DNA from: Flavobacterium sp.
GTDB taxonomy: Bacteria; Bacteroidota; Bacteroidia; Flavobacteriales; Flavobacteriaceae
Direction of reading: 5' to 3'
Length of the DNA stretch: 64,000 bases
NCBI GenBank assembly: GCA_014377455.1
Contig: JACMPO010000021.1
Location: 1,903 to 65,902 of the forward strand
The position numbers and the translations under genes are program-made. This document shows positions 46,862 to 56,601 of the stretch, in pieces (positions within the stretch are counted from its first letter, which is position 1; each line of letters starts with the position of its first letter). The notes beneath the pieces are model-generated. The model saw only the letters and a list, made by a program, of their open reading frames with translations, searched no databases and was not told the origin of the DNA.

Positions 46862-47881
46862 TTACAAATATTTATTTACAGCATCTTTAGGAAGACCTTT
46901 CCAAACTATAAATTGTTTGAATATTTTTTTATTTAAGATAAATTTGGAGAAAATTTTATTCACTATAAAATTAGAAATTTTTGAATGCTTTTTGAAATAG
47001 TTACTTTCAAAATTATAACTGTTTTGCTCTGACGCTAACAAATTTAGCTGTTTGTCCATCCAATCTTCTTGTACATTTCCCAAATGATAAGCAAAATTAT
47101 CATAAGTTGAAAGCCGCCATAAACCTAGTTTTACCACAGGTTCATCTAGAAATTTACCTTCACTATCGCCACCAAGTTTATAATTTGAAAATCGGATATT
47201 TATGTCATTAAAAATCTCTGTTTTATAAGTTGAAACAAAATGACCTGCTCCTACTACTGCTTTACAATTTGGAGCATTTACTGTAAAAATTTTTTGTAAT
47301 TGAAATTGATTATAAAAATTTTCATAATCTATACTTTCTGCAAATTTCAAAAGTGCTTCTGGATTTTTCACAGGTTGAAATTTTAATTTGTTAGAGAAAA
47401 ATAAATCCCAGTAAATAGTTGATGTATAGGTACGTAAAGATTTTGATGAAGGTGTTGGACAAATAACGCCAGCTTTTGGAAAATTTTCAAAAACAGTATA
47501 AGTTTCTTTTTGCCAGTTATTTAAAAATAAAACATCAGCATCAGTAATGGTTACTAATTTAAAATTAGAACCATACAAACCTTTTAAAATAGCATTTAAT
47601 TTGCCAATATTTTGCGTGTGAATCAACTCGTGAATTCTTTTTTGAATCAATAATTGGTCGAGATAATTTTTTATTTCAACACAACTTCCATTATTTACAA
47701 TGGTAATAAATGTTTGAGAATGCGAAGTTTTAAAAATAGATTCTAAGCATAGCTGTAAAATTTTAAACGAATCTTTAAAGTATCCCTCAAAATTTGGAAT
47801 ATAAACGGGAACTATAATCTGATGAAAATAATCAGAGGAAGTTTCTAGTTTATCTTTATGTGGGTTAAATCCTATTCGCAT
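46862..47881 (-). CDS. GT-A (family 2-like) glycosyltransferase
   Basis: IIVPVY; IVNNGS; NIGK..AI; TDADVLF. Confidence 0.82.
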   Translation of the reverse strand: MRIGFNPHKDKLETSSDYFHQIIVPVYIPNFEGYFKDSFKILQLCLESIFKTSHSQTFITIVNNGSCVEIKNYLDQLLIQKRIHELIHTQNIGKLNAILKGLYGSNFKLVTITDADVLFLNNWQKETYTVFENFPKAGVICPTPSSKSLRTYTSTIYWDLFFSNKLKFQPVKNPEALLKFAESIDYENFYNQFQLQKIFTVNAPNCKAVVGAGHFVSTYKTEIFNDINIRFSNYKLGGDSEGKFLDEPVVKLGLWRLSTYDNFAYHLGNVQEDWMDKQLNLLASEQNSYNFESNYFKKHSKISNFIVNKIFSKFILNKKIFKQFIVWKGLPKDAVNKYL

Positions 47882-48874
47882 TTAATTTTCTATATTTTCT
47901 CGTATCCCTAATTTTAAGTTTATCAAATTAAATCCTTTTTTTAAAAAAAGAATAAATAATAATCCTATAAAAATTTTACATTTTCTAAATAAACTTAAAT
48001 TTGAAATAATTAGCAAATGTATAACCTTACAAAAATATTTTTTGACTGTAAATAATCTTCCTTTCAAAGCTACTATTTGATAAATAATTGATAATTGCCT
48101 AGAGAGAATATATATTATAACTAACTTTTTATCTTGAAATTCTAAAGTTTTTATTTGCTTATAAACTTTATCAAAAAATACAAATTTTGAATTTAACGAA
48201 TTAAAATTATTACTCGGACTTTGGGTTACACTTTCATTTCCTCTTCTAACTAGATACAAGACATCATCTGTATAAATATAGATTGGCTTTTTTAAAATTA
48301 CTCTAAAATGAAAATCTGTTTCATCGCTATTAGTTAAGTTTTCATCAAACAAATAATCAAAAGATATCAAAAAATTTCTCTTCCACAGAGGTGCTCCTGT
48401 AAGAAAATAGTGATTTTTGAATAGATAATTAGAGATATTGTTTTTTGAAATAATTCTATTTGCTTTGTTTACAAATCTTGTATTGGTTCCTTCTATAAAA
48501 GTTTCAGATAAAGAAACGCAAAAATCAAGTTTATTATTACTCTCTATAACTGAAAGTTGTGAAGCTAAAAAATTAGGAAGCATTATATCATCACTATCAA
48601 ACCATTTTACATATTCTCCAGTACATTTAGAAAATCCATAATTTCTACAAGAATTTGCTCCCTTAATTTTGCTTTTAGGTCTTGGAAATAATTTAAATCT
48701 GGAATCTTTTTTTATATAAGTATTTATTATTTCAAAACTATTATCGGTACTCCCATCATCAACAATGATACATTCCCAATTTGAATAAGTTTGATTAACG
48801 ATACTATCTAGCGTTTCACTTATTAAATGAGCCCTATTAAATGTTGGAATAATAATTGAAACTAATGAATTCAT
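47882..48874 (-). CDS. Glycosyltransferase family 2
   Basis: VSIIIPTFNR; VDDGSTD; GANSCRN.G; WFDSDD. Confidence 0.93.
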   Translation of the reverse strand: MNSLVSIIIPTFNRAHLISETLDSIVNQTYSNWECIIVDDGSTDNSFEIINTYIKKDSRFKLFPRPKSKIKGANSCRNYGFSKCTGEYVKWFDSDDIMLPNFLASQLSVIESNNKLDFCVSLSETFIEGTNTRFVNKANRIISKNNISNYLFKNHYFLTGAPLWKRNFLISFDYLFDENLTNSDETDFHFRVILKKPIYIYTDDVLYLVRRGNESVTQSPSNNFNSLNSKFVFFDKVYKQIKTLEFQDKKLVIIYILSRQLSIIYQIVALKGRLFTVKKYFCKVIHLLIISNLSLFRKCKIFIGLLFILFLKKGFNLINLKLGIRENIEN

Positions 48875-48875
48875 T

Positions 48876-49898
48876 TTAAGCTGCTGTATTTTTGTAACTG
48901 TTTATTTTTAAAATATTACTTTTTGTTTTTTGATAAATTTTATAATCATCCTTTGAATAAAATAATGATTTAATTATTAAGTTGTAGAAATTCAAACTTC
49001 TAGTGATGTACTCATAGTAACTTAATTTCCCAAATATATATTTTATGATAGTTTTAAATAATTTTGAAAGATAAATGTACTTAAATTGCAAAGGTTGGAA
49101 TTGCATGTCGTTAAAAAAAATATATCTTTCGTATGTATTACAAGCGACGGCAGTGTAAATTAAACCTTTTTTAAATTTTAAGAGATATTTAATTGTCAAT
49201 CGATCTTTTGTAATAAAATGTTTGAATTTTAAGTTCTCTGAGTAGTAAATTTTGTAACCTAGAAGTACAATTGCATATCCAATTTCGTTATCGCCTCCGC
49301 CAGTAACTGTATTTCTTTTAACTCTATCTGTCAATACATTTTCAAATCCAATAAATTGTAATAGTTCTAATAATTCTTTTTTTACGATTGCACCAGCACC
49401 ATACACATAGCCTTTAATTTTTGAAATATCACCATCAACGTTATTTTGTGGTCCTACAGCATACGTTAATTTTTCATTTTTAAACCAATCTGGAAAGTTT
49501 ATATTTGAAACTTCATATCCAATGCCGCCGAGCATACCAATTTTTGAATCAGTATTTAAAATAGTATTAGCATTAATAAGATAATCTTCGTCAAGCCAGT
49601 TATCATCGTCACAAAACAATACATAATTTCCTTGACTTTCTTGAACTCCTTTATTTCTAGCGAATGACAAACCAGGTTTGGGCTCAAATGTTATTTTAAA
49701 TTTTAAATCTGATTGTAATTCATTCCAAATTTGGAGCGCAATTGCCGCTGTATTATCAATTGAGTTGTTATCAACCAAAATTATCTCCACTTTAAAATCG
49801 GGAGTAAGATTTAAATTAGAAATGTGTTGTAACGTCTTTGGCAATTTAGTCGAACTGTTATAACAACAAATAATCATCGAAAAATATAAATTGCTCAT
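48876..49898 (-). CDS. Glycosyltransferase family 2
   Basis: IICCYNS; VDNNSID; GLSFARNKG; FCDDDN; GGGDNE. Confidence 0.92.
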   Translation of the reverse strand: MSNLYFSMIICCYNSSTKLPKTLQHISNLNLTPDFKVEIILVDNNSIDNTAAIALQIWNELQSDLKFKITFEPKPGLSFARNKGVQESQGNYVLFCDDDNWLDEDYLINANTILNTDSKIGMLGGIGYEVSNINFPDWFKNEKLTYAVGPQNNVDGDISKIKGYVYGAGAIVKKELLELLQFIGFENVLTDRVKRNTVTGGGDNEIGYAIVLLGYKIYYSENLKFKHFITKDRLTIKYLLKFKKGLIYTAVACNTYERYIFFNDMQFQPLQFKYIYLSKLFKTIIKYIFGKLSYYEYITRSLNFYNLIIKSLFYSKDDYKIYQKTKSNILKINSYKNTAA

Positions 49899-49902
49899 CT
49901 AA

Positions 49903-50721
49903 CTACTTATTAAATTTCAATTTATTAATTCCAATTGTTAATTCACCAGATTCAATTACGAGAAAATCATGTTCAACCAGCAAATTTGTAATAGAAGTAC
50001 GGATATCAAATTCGTCATGAATTTCTAATGCTATAATTTCTGTAATTTTCAGAAAAGATAAATCGTTTTCTGCTTTAAAAATAAAACGTTCAGCTCCTTC
50101 AATATCTATTTTTAATAAAGATATATGGTTAAGGCTATTTTGAGAAATGATTTCGCCAATAGATATTCCTTTTATTGATCCTTCCGTTGCGTAACTAGTT
50201 GTTATAGACCAATCTTTTTTGTCCCGAAAATTTCTATCTATCTCATAATTCATATCGGGCTTTTCGCTTAACGCGTTAGGATATAAGATTATGTTTTTAA
50301 AATTTTTTAAATACTGAATATTTTTCGAACACATTTCAATATTTTCTGGTGATGGTTCAACACAAAAAATTTTTTCATTTGTTAAAAAATGTGAAAAGTA
50401 GACACTTGTAAACCCCACATTTGCCCCAGCATCGATAATAATTTTATCTTCTGAGAAGAAATTATTTGTTAAAAACATTTTTAAAATCAATGCATATTCT
50501 TCCTGATTGAAAATTTGTTCAAAAACTTCTAAATCACTGAATTTATGATCTCTTACTGCTACATTTATACCATTTAAAAGTTCAAGTTCATAAACTAAAT
50601 TTATTTTTTTAACAGATTTAATTAAATGATTTTGGTACAGTCTATTCTCAAATATTTCATTTGGTGTAAGATTTAATGGAACTAAAATTCGATATATTTT
50701 TTTAAACTTTTTAAGTATCAT
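49903..50721 (-). CDS. FkbM-family methyltransferase
   Basis: IIDAGANVG; CVEPSPEN; LLKIDIEGAE; EIH. Confidence 0.9.
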   Translation of the reverse strand: MILKKFKKIYRILVPLNLTPNEIFENRLYQNHLIKSVKKINLVYELELLNGINVAVRDHKFSDLEVFEQIFNQEEYALILKMFLTNNFFSEDKIIIDAGANVGFTSVYFSHFLTNEKIFCVEPSPENIEMCSKNIQYLKNFKNIILYPNALSEKPDMNYEIDRNFRDKKDWSITTSYATEGSIKGISIGEIISQNSLNHISLLKIDIEGAERFIFKAENDLSFLKITEIIALEIHDEFDIRTSITNLLVEHDFLVIESGELTIGINKLKFNK

Positions 50722-50732
50722 TTCAAAGAATT

Positions 50733-51263
50733 TTAGATTCTGTTTTTCAATATTTGTGCTGGAATTCCACCTACAATTGTATTTGTTGCTACATTTTTTG
50801 TTACAACTGCCCCCGCGGCAATTATTGCACCTGACTCAATTGTAACACCATCAAGTATTTTACACCCGGAACCAATCCAAACATTATCTTTAATGGTAAT
50901 GCCTTTTCTACTTTCTCCTTGCGCATTTATAGGTATTTCTAGTTTTGAAAAATTATGATTTGCTGGAATAATCATAGTGTGTCCGGCAATTAAAACATTA
51001 TTACCAATTGTCAAACCTCCATGTCCATATAAAATTGTGTAAGGATTAATGGAACAGTTTTTTCCAATTTTAATTTTTCCGCCATAGGTCATTAAGACAA
51101 CTCCATAAAGTAATTCAGTTTTATTTCCAATTTCAATACTTCCACCACCCGAAGTGTCAAGTAGTACATTTGAATATTTTTTAACGCTATTTGACAAAAA
51201 TATATTTTTGCGTCTGTATAAAATAAATGATATTCTTTTTATAAGTTCAAATACCATTTGCAA
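50733..51263 (-). CDS. Hexapeptide-repeat (LbH) sugar O-acyltransferase
   Basis: IKIGKNCSI; LTIGNNVLIA; HNF; DNVWIGSG; GAIIAAGAVVTK; GGIPA. Confidence 0.9.
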   Translation of the reverse strand: MQMVFELIKRISFILYRRKNIFLSNSVKKYSNVLLDTSGGGSIEIGNKTELLYGVVLMTYGGKIKIGKNCSINPYTILYGHGGLTIGNNVLIAGHTMIIPANHNFSKLEIPINAQGESRKGITIKDNVWIGSGCKILDGVTIESGAIIAAGAVVTKNVATNTIVGGIPAQILKNRI

Positions 51264-52465
51264 TTTATTTTTACATCACCAATTGTGTTACCGTATATTT
51301 TATAATCATTTATTAAATCTACAATTTGAAAAAAACAAACATCGTTAATATATTCAAATACTTGTTCATCCTTAAAAGTTGCAACATCAAGGGTATAAGT
51401 TCCTTTAAGTAACAAATTTCCAGGTATTTCACAATACAGCTTATTAGTTGACAAATTAATTGTATTTACAGTTGTGAAAACTTTTACTTTTGTAGAGTTC
51501 AAAATAGCAACTCCAACATTGCAGTTATTGATTTCATTATAAAATTTAATCTCGACTATTATGTTATCTTCATGATTTATGAAATTTTGAGAGGTTAATA
51601 TTTTTACTGATTCGATTCCATTAATTTTAGATTGAGAAGTATTTACAAAAGACAAGGTTTCATTGTTTTTATTCTCATTTAAATAATTTGACACAGAATC
51701 ATCAATACCTCCACTAAAAATAGTTAAACCATTTTTTAAAACTATTCCTTTATTACACAAACTTTTAACAGCTGCCATATTATGGCTTACAAATAAAACG
51801 GTACGACCTTCACCTTTGCTAATTTCGCCCATTTTCCCGAGACATTTTTTTTGGAATTCAGCATCTCCTACAGCTAAAACCTCATCAACTATTAGGATTT
51901 CACTTTCTAAATGTGCCGCAACTGCAAAAGCTAATCTTACATACATTCCAGACGAATATCGTTTCACAGGAGTATCGATGTAACGTTCAACTCCAGAAAA
52001 AGCAATGATTTCATCTAGTTTTCTAGTTATTTCTTTTTTTCGCATTCCAAGGATTGCACCGTTTAAGTAAATATTTTCTCTTCCAGAAAGTTCAGGATGA
52101 AAGCCTGTACCTACTTCCAGCAAACTTGCTATCCGACCTTTAACTTTAATTTCACCAGTTGTTGGACCTGTAACTCTAGAAAGTAATTTTAAAAGGGTAC
52201 TTTTTCCTGCACCGTTTTTGCCAATTATTCCTAGTGAATCTCCTTGATTAACTTCAAAATTAATGTCTTTTAATGACCATACAATATCACTTTCGCCTTT
52301 TGTACTGCGATCATTAGATTCTCCAATTTTTAAAAAAGGATCTTCTTTACCCAATATTCTTGTTTGCCAAAATCTGTCGACATCTCGGGACAAAGTTCCA
52401 GAACCAATCTGACCAATTTGGTATGCTTTTGAAACATTTTCGACTAGTATAGCTGTTTTACTCAT
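51239..52465 (-). CDS. wzt: Polysaccharide ABC transporter ATPase with C-terminal Wzt_C domain
   Basis: GKNGAGKST; YSSGMYVRLAF; ILIVDE; VSH; extra ~150-aa beta-rich C-terminus. Confidence 0.93.
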   Translation of the reverse strand: MSKTAILVENVSKAYQIGQIGSGTLSRDVDRFWQTRILGKEDPFLKIGESNDRSTKGESDIVWSLKDINFEVNQGDSLGIIGKNGAGKSTLLKLLSRVTGPTTGEIKVKGRIASLLEVGTGFHPELSGRENIYLNGAILGMRKKEITRKLDEIIAFSGVERYIDTPVKRYSSGMYVRLAFAVAAHLESEILIVDEVLAVGDAEFQKKCLGKMGEISKGEGRTVLFVSHNMAAVKSLCNKGIVLKNGLTIFSGGIDDSVSNYLNENKNNETLSFVNTSQSKINGIESVKILTSQNFINHEDNIIVEIKFYNEINNCNVGVAILNSTKVKVFTTVNTINLSTNKLYCEIPGNLLLKGTYTLDVATFKDEQVFEYINDVCFFQIVDLINDYKIYGNTIGDVKINCKWYLNL

Positions 52466-53334
52466 TATATGGTATCGACAAAGTTTTTCTCAGTTTTATT
52501 ATAAATAATAATTCCTATAAATAATATTATAACAGTAACCAAAGTTGAATAACCTAAAGTACCAGCAGAAAAATCTCCTTTCCCGAGGAATGCATACCGA
52601 AATGCTTCAATAATTCCAGACATAGGGTTTAATTCAACAAATTTACCATACCCTTTTTCGCGAACATAACTTAAAGGGTAAATTATGGGAGTTGCATACA
52701 TTAAAAGTTGTACTCCAAATGTTACTAAAAAAGTTAAATCTCTGTATTTTGTGGTCATAGCGGTTATTATTAATCCCAAACCCAAACCCAAAAGTGCCAT
52801 TAATACCACTAAAAATGGAAATAAAAATAAACCATACGTAACGTGGAAACTAGTTCTAGCAATTGGAAAAAAATAAAAATAAACCATCATTGTTATGAGT
52901 AATGATAATTGCACTCCAAAACGAACTAAGTTACTCACCACAATACTTAGTGGCATAATTAATCGAGGGAAATATACTTTCCCAAAAATATTAGCGTTAT
53001 CTCTAAAAACGGTGCTAGTTTTGGACAAACAATCTGAAAAATAATTCCAAGATGTAATTCCTGTTAAGTAAAAAAGATATTTTGGTAAACCATCAGTACT
53101 TATTCCGGCTAAGTTGCCAAAAACAAATGAAAAAACAATAGTTGTAAATATAGGCTGGATAAAAAACCATACAGGTCCGAGAATGGTCTGTTTATAAAAA
53201 CTTACAAAATCACGCCTTACAAATAAAATTAATAAATCTCTATATTGCCAAACATCTTTAAAATTTAAATCTAACAATGAGGTTTGTCCTTTAATTATTA
53301 AATCCCAATCGTTTGATTCGTAGCTGTTTTTCAT
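52465..53334 (-). CDS. wzm: Polysaccharide ABC-2 permease
   Basis: YKQTILGP.W; IFGKVYFPR; KYRD; YATPIIYP; LNPM...EAFR. Confidence 0.93.
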   Translation of the reverse strand: MKNSYESNDWDLIIKGQTSLLDLNFKDVWQYRDLLILFVRRDFVSFYKQTILGPVWFFIQPIFTTIVFSFVFGNLAGISTDGLPKYLFYLTGITSWNYFSDCLSKTSTVFRDNANIFGKVYFPRLIMPLSIVVSNLVRFGVQLSLLITMMVYFYFFPIARTSFHVTYGLFLFPFLVVLMALLGLGLGLIITAMTTKYRDLTFLVTFGVQLLMYATPIIYPLSYVREKGYGKFVELNPMSGIIEAFRYAFLGKGDFSAGTLGYSTLVTVIILFIGIIIYNKTEKNFVDTI

Positions 53335-53393
53335 TGTAAAATTAAATTATACTAATCAGTATTTACTTGGATTTATTGGAATTTTAATGGAAA

Positions 53394-53401
53394 CAAATAT
53401 A
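53394..53401 (-). promoter_or_regulatory. -7 element TATATTTG for the wzm-wzt-GT operon
   Basis: CAAATATA on + strand in the divergent wzm/phosphatase gap. Confidence 0.6.
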
Positions 53402-53478
53402 GTAATTTACTATAATTATAATAATGAATTAAGCAGTTTTAATAAATATTTGTTTCTTTGTAAAAAATTACAAAAACT

Positions 53479-54216
53479 TTGTTTTTATTCAAAAAATCAG
53501 CACCATTGCTTAAAGATATAATTCCACAAAATTATATCGATATTCATTCCCATTTACTACCTTCTATTGATGACGGTTCTAAAAATATTGAGGACACTAT
53601 TGCCATGATAATTGAGCTAAATAAGCTTGGTTTTGCAAAATTTGTTACAACACCTCACGTGATGACATTTGTATGGGAGAATTCTAGAAATACTATAGAG
53701 CAAACCTTAAATGAGACCAAAAAAAAATTGTTAGATTCTAATATTTTAAATCCAATAAAATCAGGTGCCGAATACATGATGGATATCAATTTTTTAAAAT
53801 TGGTAAACAGCGAAAAACTATTGACTCTAAAAGACGACTATGTTCTTGTGGAAATGTCATACCTAAATGCTCCAATTCAATTGTATGATATAATTTTTGA
53901 TTTGCAATTAGCAGGATATATTCCAGTTCTGGCTCATCCTGAGCGATACAATTTTTACCATAACAATTTAAATGAATATAAAAAACTTAAAAATGCTGGT
54001 TGTTTATTTCAATTAAATTTATTGTCAACAACAGGGTATTATGGTCCTCAAATTTCTAAAATAGCGGATTATTTATTGCAACAAAATATGATAAATTTTG
54101 TAGGTTCAGATGTACATCATCAAAAGCATATCGATTTTATATCAAAAAAAATTGTTCTGAAAAATCATCTTAAATTAAATGACATTTTTCAAAACAATAT
54201 GATATTTGATTTTTAA
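53479..54216 (+). CDS. CpsB/CapC/YwqE-type PHP tyrosine phosphatase
   Basis: DIHSHLLPSIDDGS; TPH; LVEMS; LAHPERY; GSDVH. TTG start. Confidence 0.92.
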   Translation: MFLFKKSAPLLKDIIPQNYIDIHSHLLPSIDDGSKNIEDTIAMIIELNKLGFAKFVTTPHVMTFVWENSRNTIEQTLNETKKKLLDSNILNPIKSGAEYMMDINFLKLVNSEKLLTLKDDYVLVEMSYLNAPIQLYDIIFDLQLAGYIPVLAHPERYNFYHNNLNEYKKLKNAGCLFQLNLLSTTGYYGPQISKIADYLLQQNMINFVGSDVHHQKHIDFISKKIVLKNHLKLNDIFQNNMIFDF

Positions 54217-56600
54217 GAATCTTTTTTCTTAGAAAAAATATTTAGAATTTTTTCATACCATTTTAGTTTGACAGAATCTTGACCATATCCGTAGCCATAT
54301 CCGTAGCCATATCCATATCCATAACCATATCCATAACCGTAAGATCGTTTTTGTTCAGTATCATTTAGTAATATTGCCATATTAGGAAGCTTTTGATCAA
54401 CATATAATGACTCGGCAAAATCTAACATTCTTTTATCTAGATAATTTGCTCGAACAACATAAACAACTGCATTTGCATTTTTCGCAATTAATAGTGTGTC
54501 GGTAACAACACTAACTGGCGCTGTATCTACAATTATGTAATCAAACTGGCTTTTCAATTCGTCAAACATAGTGTTAACTTTATTACTCATTAATAATTCA
54601 ACAGGATTTGGCGGGACTGCACCAGAAGGAAGTGCAAAAAAATTGGTAAAATCTTTAATCGGCACTACATAATCCATAATTGATTGATCTGATTTAGATA
54701 AGTAATTAGTAACTCCTTTTGATGGAATTGAAATGTATTGATCTAATTTTGGATTTCTAATATCAAGTCCTACTATCAAAACTCTTTTTCCAGAAAAAGC
54801 AATTGTAGTTGCTAAATTGATAGCGCAAAATGTTTTCCCTTCTTTTGGGATTGAAGAAGTTATAAAAATTGTTTTACAAGCATCACTTACTACTTCTGAT
54901 AATACAAATTCTAAATTTGTTCGTATCATTCTAATAGCTTCTGCAGAGCTTGAACGACTATTTGGCTGAATTATTTCGTTACTAGTTTCTGACTTAGGCA
55001 AATCCCCAAGGTACGGAATAGTTACTTTTCCTTGAACATCTTGTCTTGTTTTAATCTTAGTGTCTAAGAGTTGCATGATGTATATAACTCCAAAAGGAAT
55101 GAGCAAACCCAGAAGGAACGCAGTTAAGTAAAAAATAAGTTTATTAGGAGAAACTTGCCCTGTTAAATAAGCACTATCGATAACTTTTGCTTTTGGTGAC
55201 GTTACAGCAAGTGAAATAGCAGTCTCTTCTCGCTTTTGTAGTAAATACAGATAGAGTGTTTCTTTTATTCCTTTTTGTCTAGCTATTTCACCAAATATTT
55301 TTTCGTGTGTAGGTGCCTTGTAAATCTCGCCTTCAAAAACATTTTTTTGACCAGATAAATCGCCTCGATTTATTTTTAAATCATTTTGACGACTATACAA
55401 ACTTTCAATGATATTTTGTTTTATCGCTGGTAGTTGTGCATCTATGGTTTTAATTCGTGGATTTTGTGCAGTTCCACTATTTGAAATTTTTCTTCGTTGT
55501 AAAATTAATTCGTTATATTCTTTAATATATTCGGCTGAAGTTTCTGTTCCACTGATAATATTAGTAGGAATTAAATCGTCATCTTTTGTACCTTGAACGG
55601 CTTCTAACATGTATTTTCCAACCTTTAGTTGGGTTTCCATATTATTCAAAGATTTGTCATATTCTGTTGCAGTTGTTAAATCGAGTTCGGCATCCATTGG
55701 CAAATCAGTCAGTCTATTTTTTTTCTTGTACTGTTCTCCTTTATCTTCAATACCACCAAGTTCCTTTGCAATTAATTCTAACTCTTTATCTATAAATGCT
55801 TTTGTGTTTTCTGCAACTTGATTTCGATCATCAATTGCATCTTTATTATACATTCTTATTAATTCATTCAAAAAATTTATCGATCTTTTATAAATAGGAT
55901 CTGTAGTAGTTATGGTAATAATATTTGTTTTGTCTTGAGCAGTAACATTAAGATTACTAGAAAAATCAAGAGCTTTGGACTCTAATTCAGATTTTACAAC
56001 AAAAACATCGGTAATATTTTCGGTTGATTTACTCTTTAAAATGACCATGAAATCTCCTAAACTTGAATGAATAGATTGGTTATATCTATATTCAGTAGGT
56101 GATTTACCATTATAATCAAGCAATACGAAACTTTTTGCAGAAATTTCTGAAATTGTAAAGCTGGAATCAATGGCATTATATCGTGGTGATTTTTTTGTAA
56201 AAACAATTTCCACAGGGGAAGTTTGATATAATTCTCTGTAAACAACTCTGCCTTCGCTGAAATAGCTTATGTCAAGTCCAAGTTCACTAACAGCATGCTG
56301 CGATAAACTGCGTGATTTTATAATTTCAATTTCATTATCAACGTTGCTTTTTCCAGAAAAGATATTTAAATCACTAAAAGCAGAGAGCTCGCTAGAACCA
56401 CCTTTTTTTTCATCTTTTATTAAAACCGTTGCCGTAATTCCATAATCGGTAATGTAATATCGCAAGTAGATAAATACCGTAGTCATGCAGATTAACAAGC
56501 TTAACAAGAACCATTTCCAATAATATAAATAATTGAATAATTGTTCTTTAAGACTAAAATCATTGGATGGAGAATCGGTAACAGGAAGTGAATTTAACAT
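54213..56600 (-). CDS. wzc: Wzc/GumC BY-kinase polysaccharide co-polymerase
   Basis: Two TMs flanking a periplasmic coil; EAIR.IRTNL; SSIPKEGKT (Walker A); IIVDTAP; Tyr cluster tail. Confidence 0.95.
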   Translation of the reverse strand: MLNSLPVTDSPSNDFSLKEQLFNYLYYWKWFLLSLLICMTTVFIYLRYYITDYGITATVLIKDEKKGGSSELSAFSDLNIFSGKSNVDNEIEIIKSRSLSQHAVSELGLDISYFSEGRVVYRELYQTSPVEIVFTKKSPRYNAIDSSFTISEISAKSFVLLDYNGKSPTEYRYNQSIHSSLGDFMVILKSKSTENITDVFVVKSELESKALDFSSNLNVTAQDKTNIITITTTDPIYKRSINFLNELIRMYNKDAIDDRNQVAENTKAFIDKELELIAKELGGIEDKGEQYKKKNRLTDLPMDAELDLTTATEYDKSLNNMETQLKVGKYMLEAVQGTKDDDLIPTNIISGTETSAEYIKEYNELILQRRKISNSGTAQNPRIKTIDAQLPAIKQNIIESLYSRQNDLKINRGDLSGQKNVFEGEIYKAPTHEKIFGEIARQKGIKETLYLYLLQKREETAISLAVTSPKAKVIDSAYLTGQVSPNKLIFYLTAFLLGLLIPFGVIYIMQLLDTKIKTRQDVQGKVTIPYLGDLPKSETSNEIIQPNSRSSSAEAIRMIRTNLEFVLSEVVSDACKTIFITSSIPKEGKTFCAINLATTIAFSGKRVLIVGLDIRNPKLDQYISIPSKGVTNYLSKSDQSIMDYVVPIKDFTNFFALPSGAVPPNPVELLMSNKVNTMFDELKSQFDYIIVDTAPVSVVTDTLLIAKNANAVVYVVRANYLDKRMLDFAESLYVDQKLPNMAILLNDTEQKRSYGYGYGYGYGYGYGYGYGYGQDSVKLKWYEKILNIFSKKKDS
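54282..54341 (-). repeat. (Tyr-Gly)x10 hexanucleotide-period coding repeat in the wzc tail
   Basis: Ten TAY-GGN units counted; mixed codons; exact 12-nt duplication TCCGTAGCCATA at 54288-54311. Confidence 0.95.
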
Positions 56601-56601
56601 T

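Noticed and set aside
54282-54341. ON/OFF phase-variable microsatellite in wzc
   Set aside because: Period is a multiple of 3 and codons are mixed, so slippage cannot frameshift. Kept only as an in-frame length variant.
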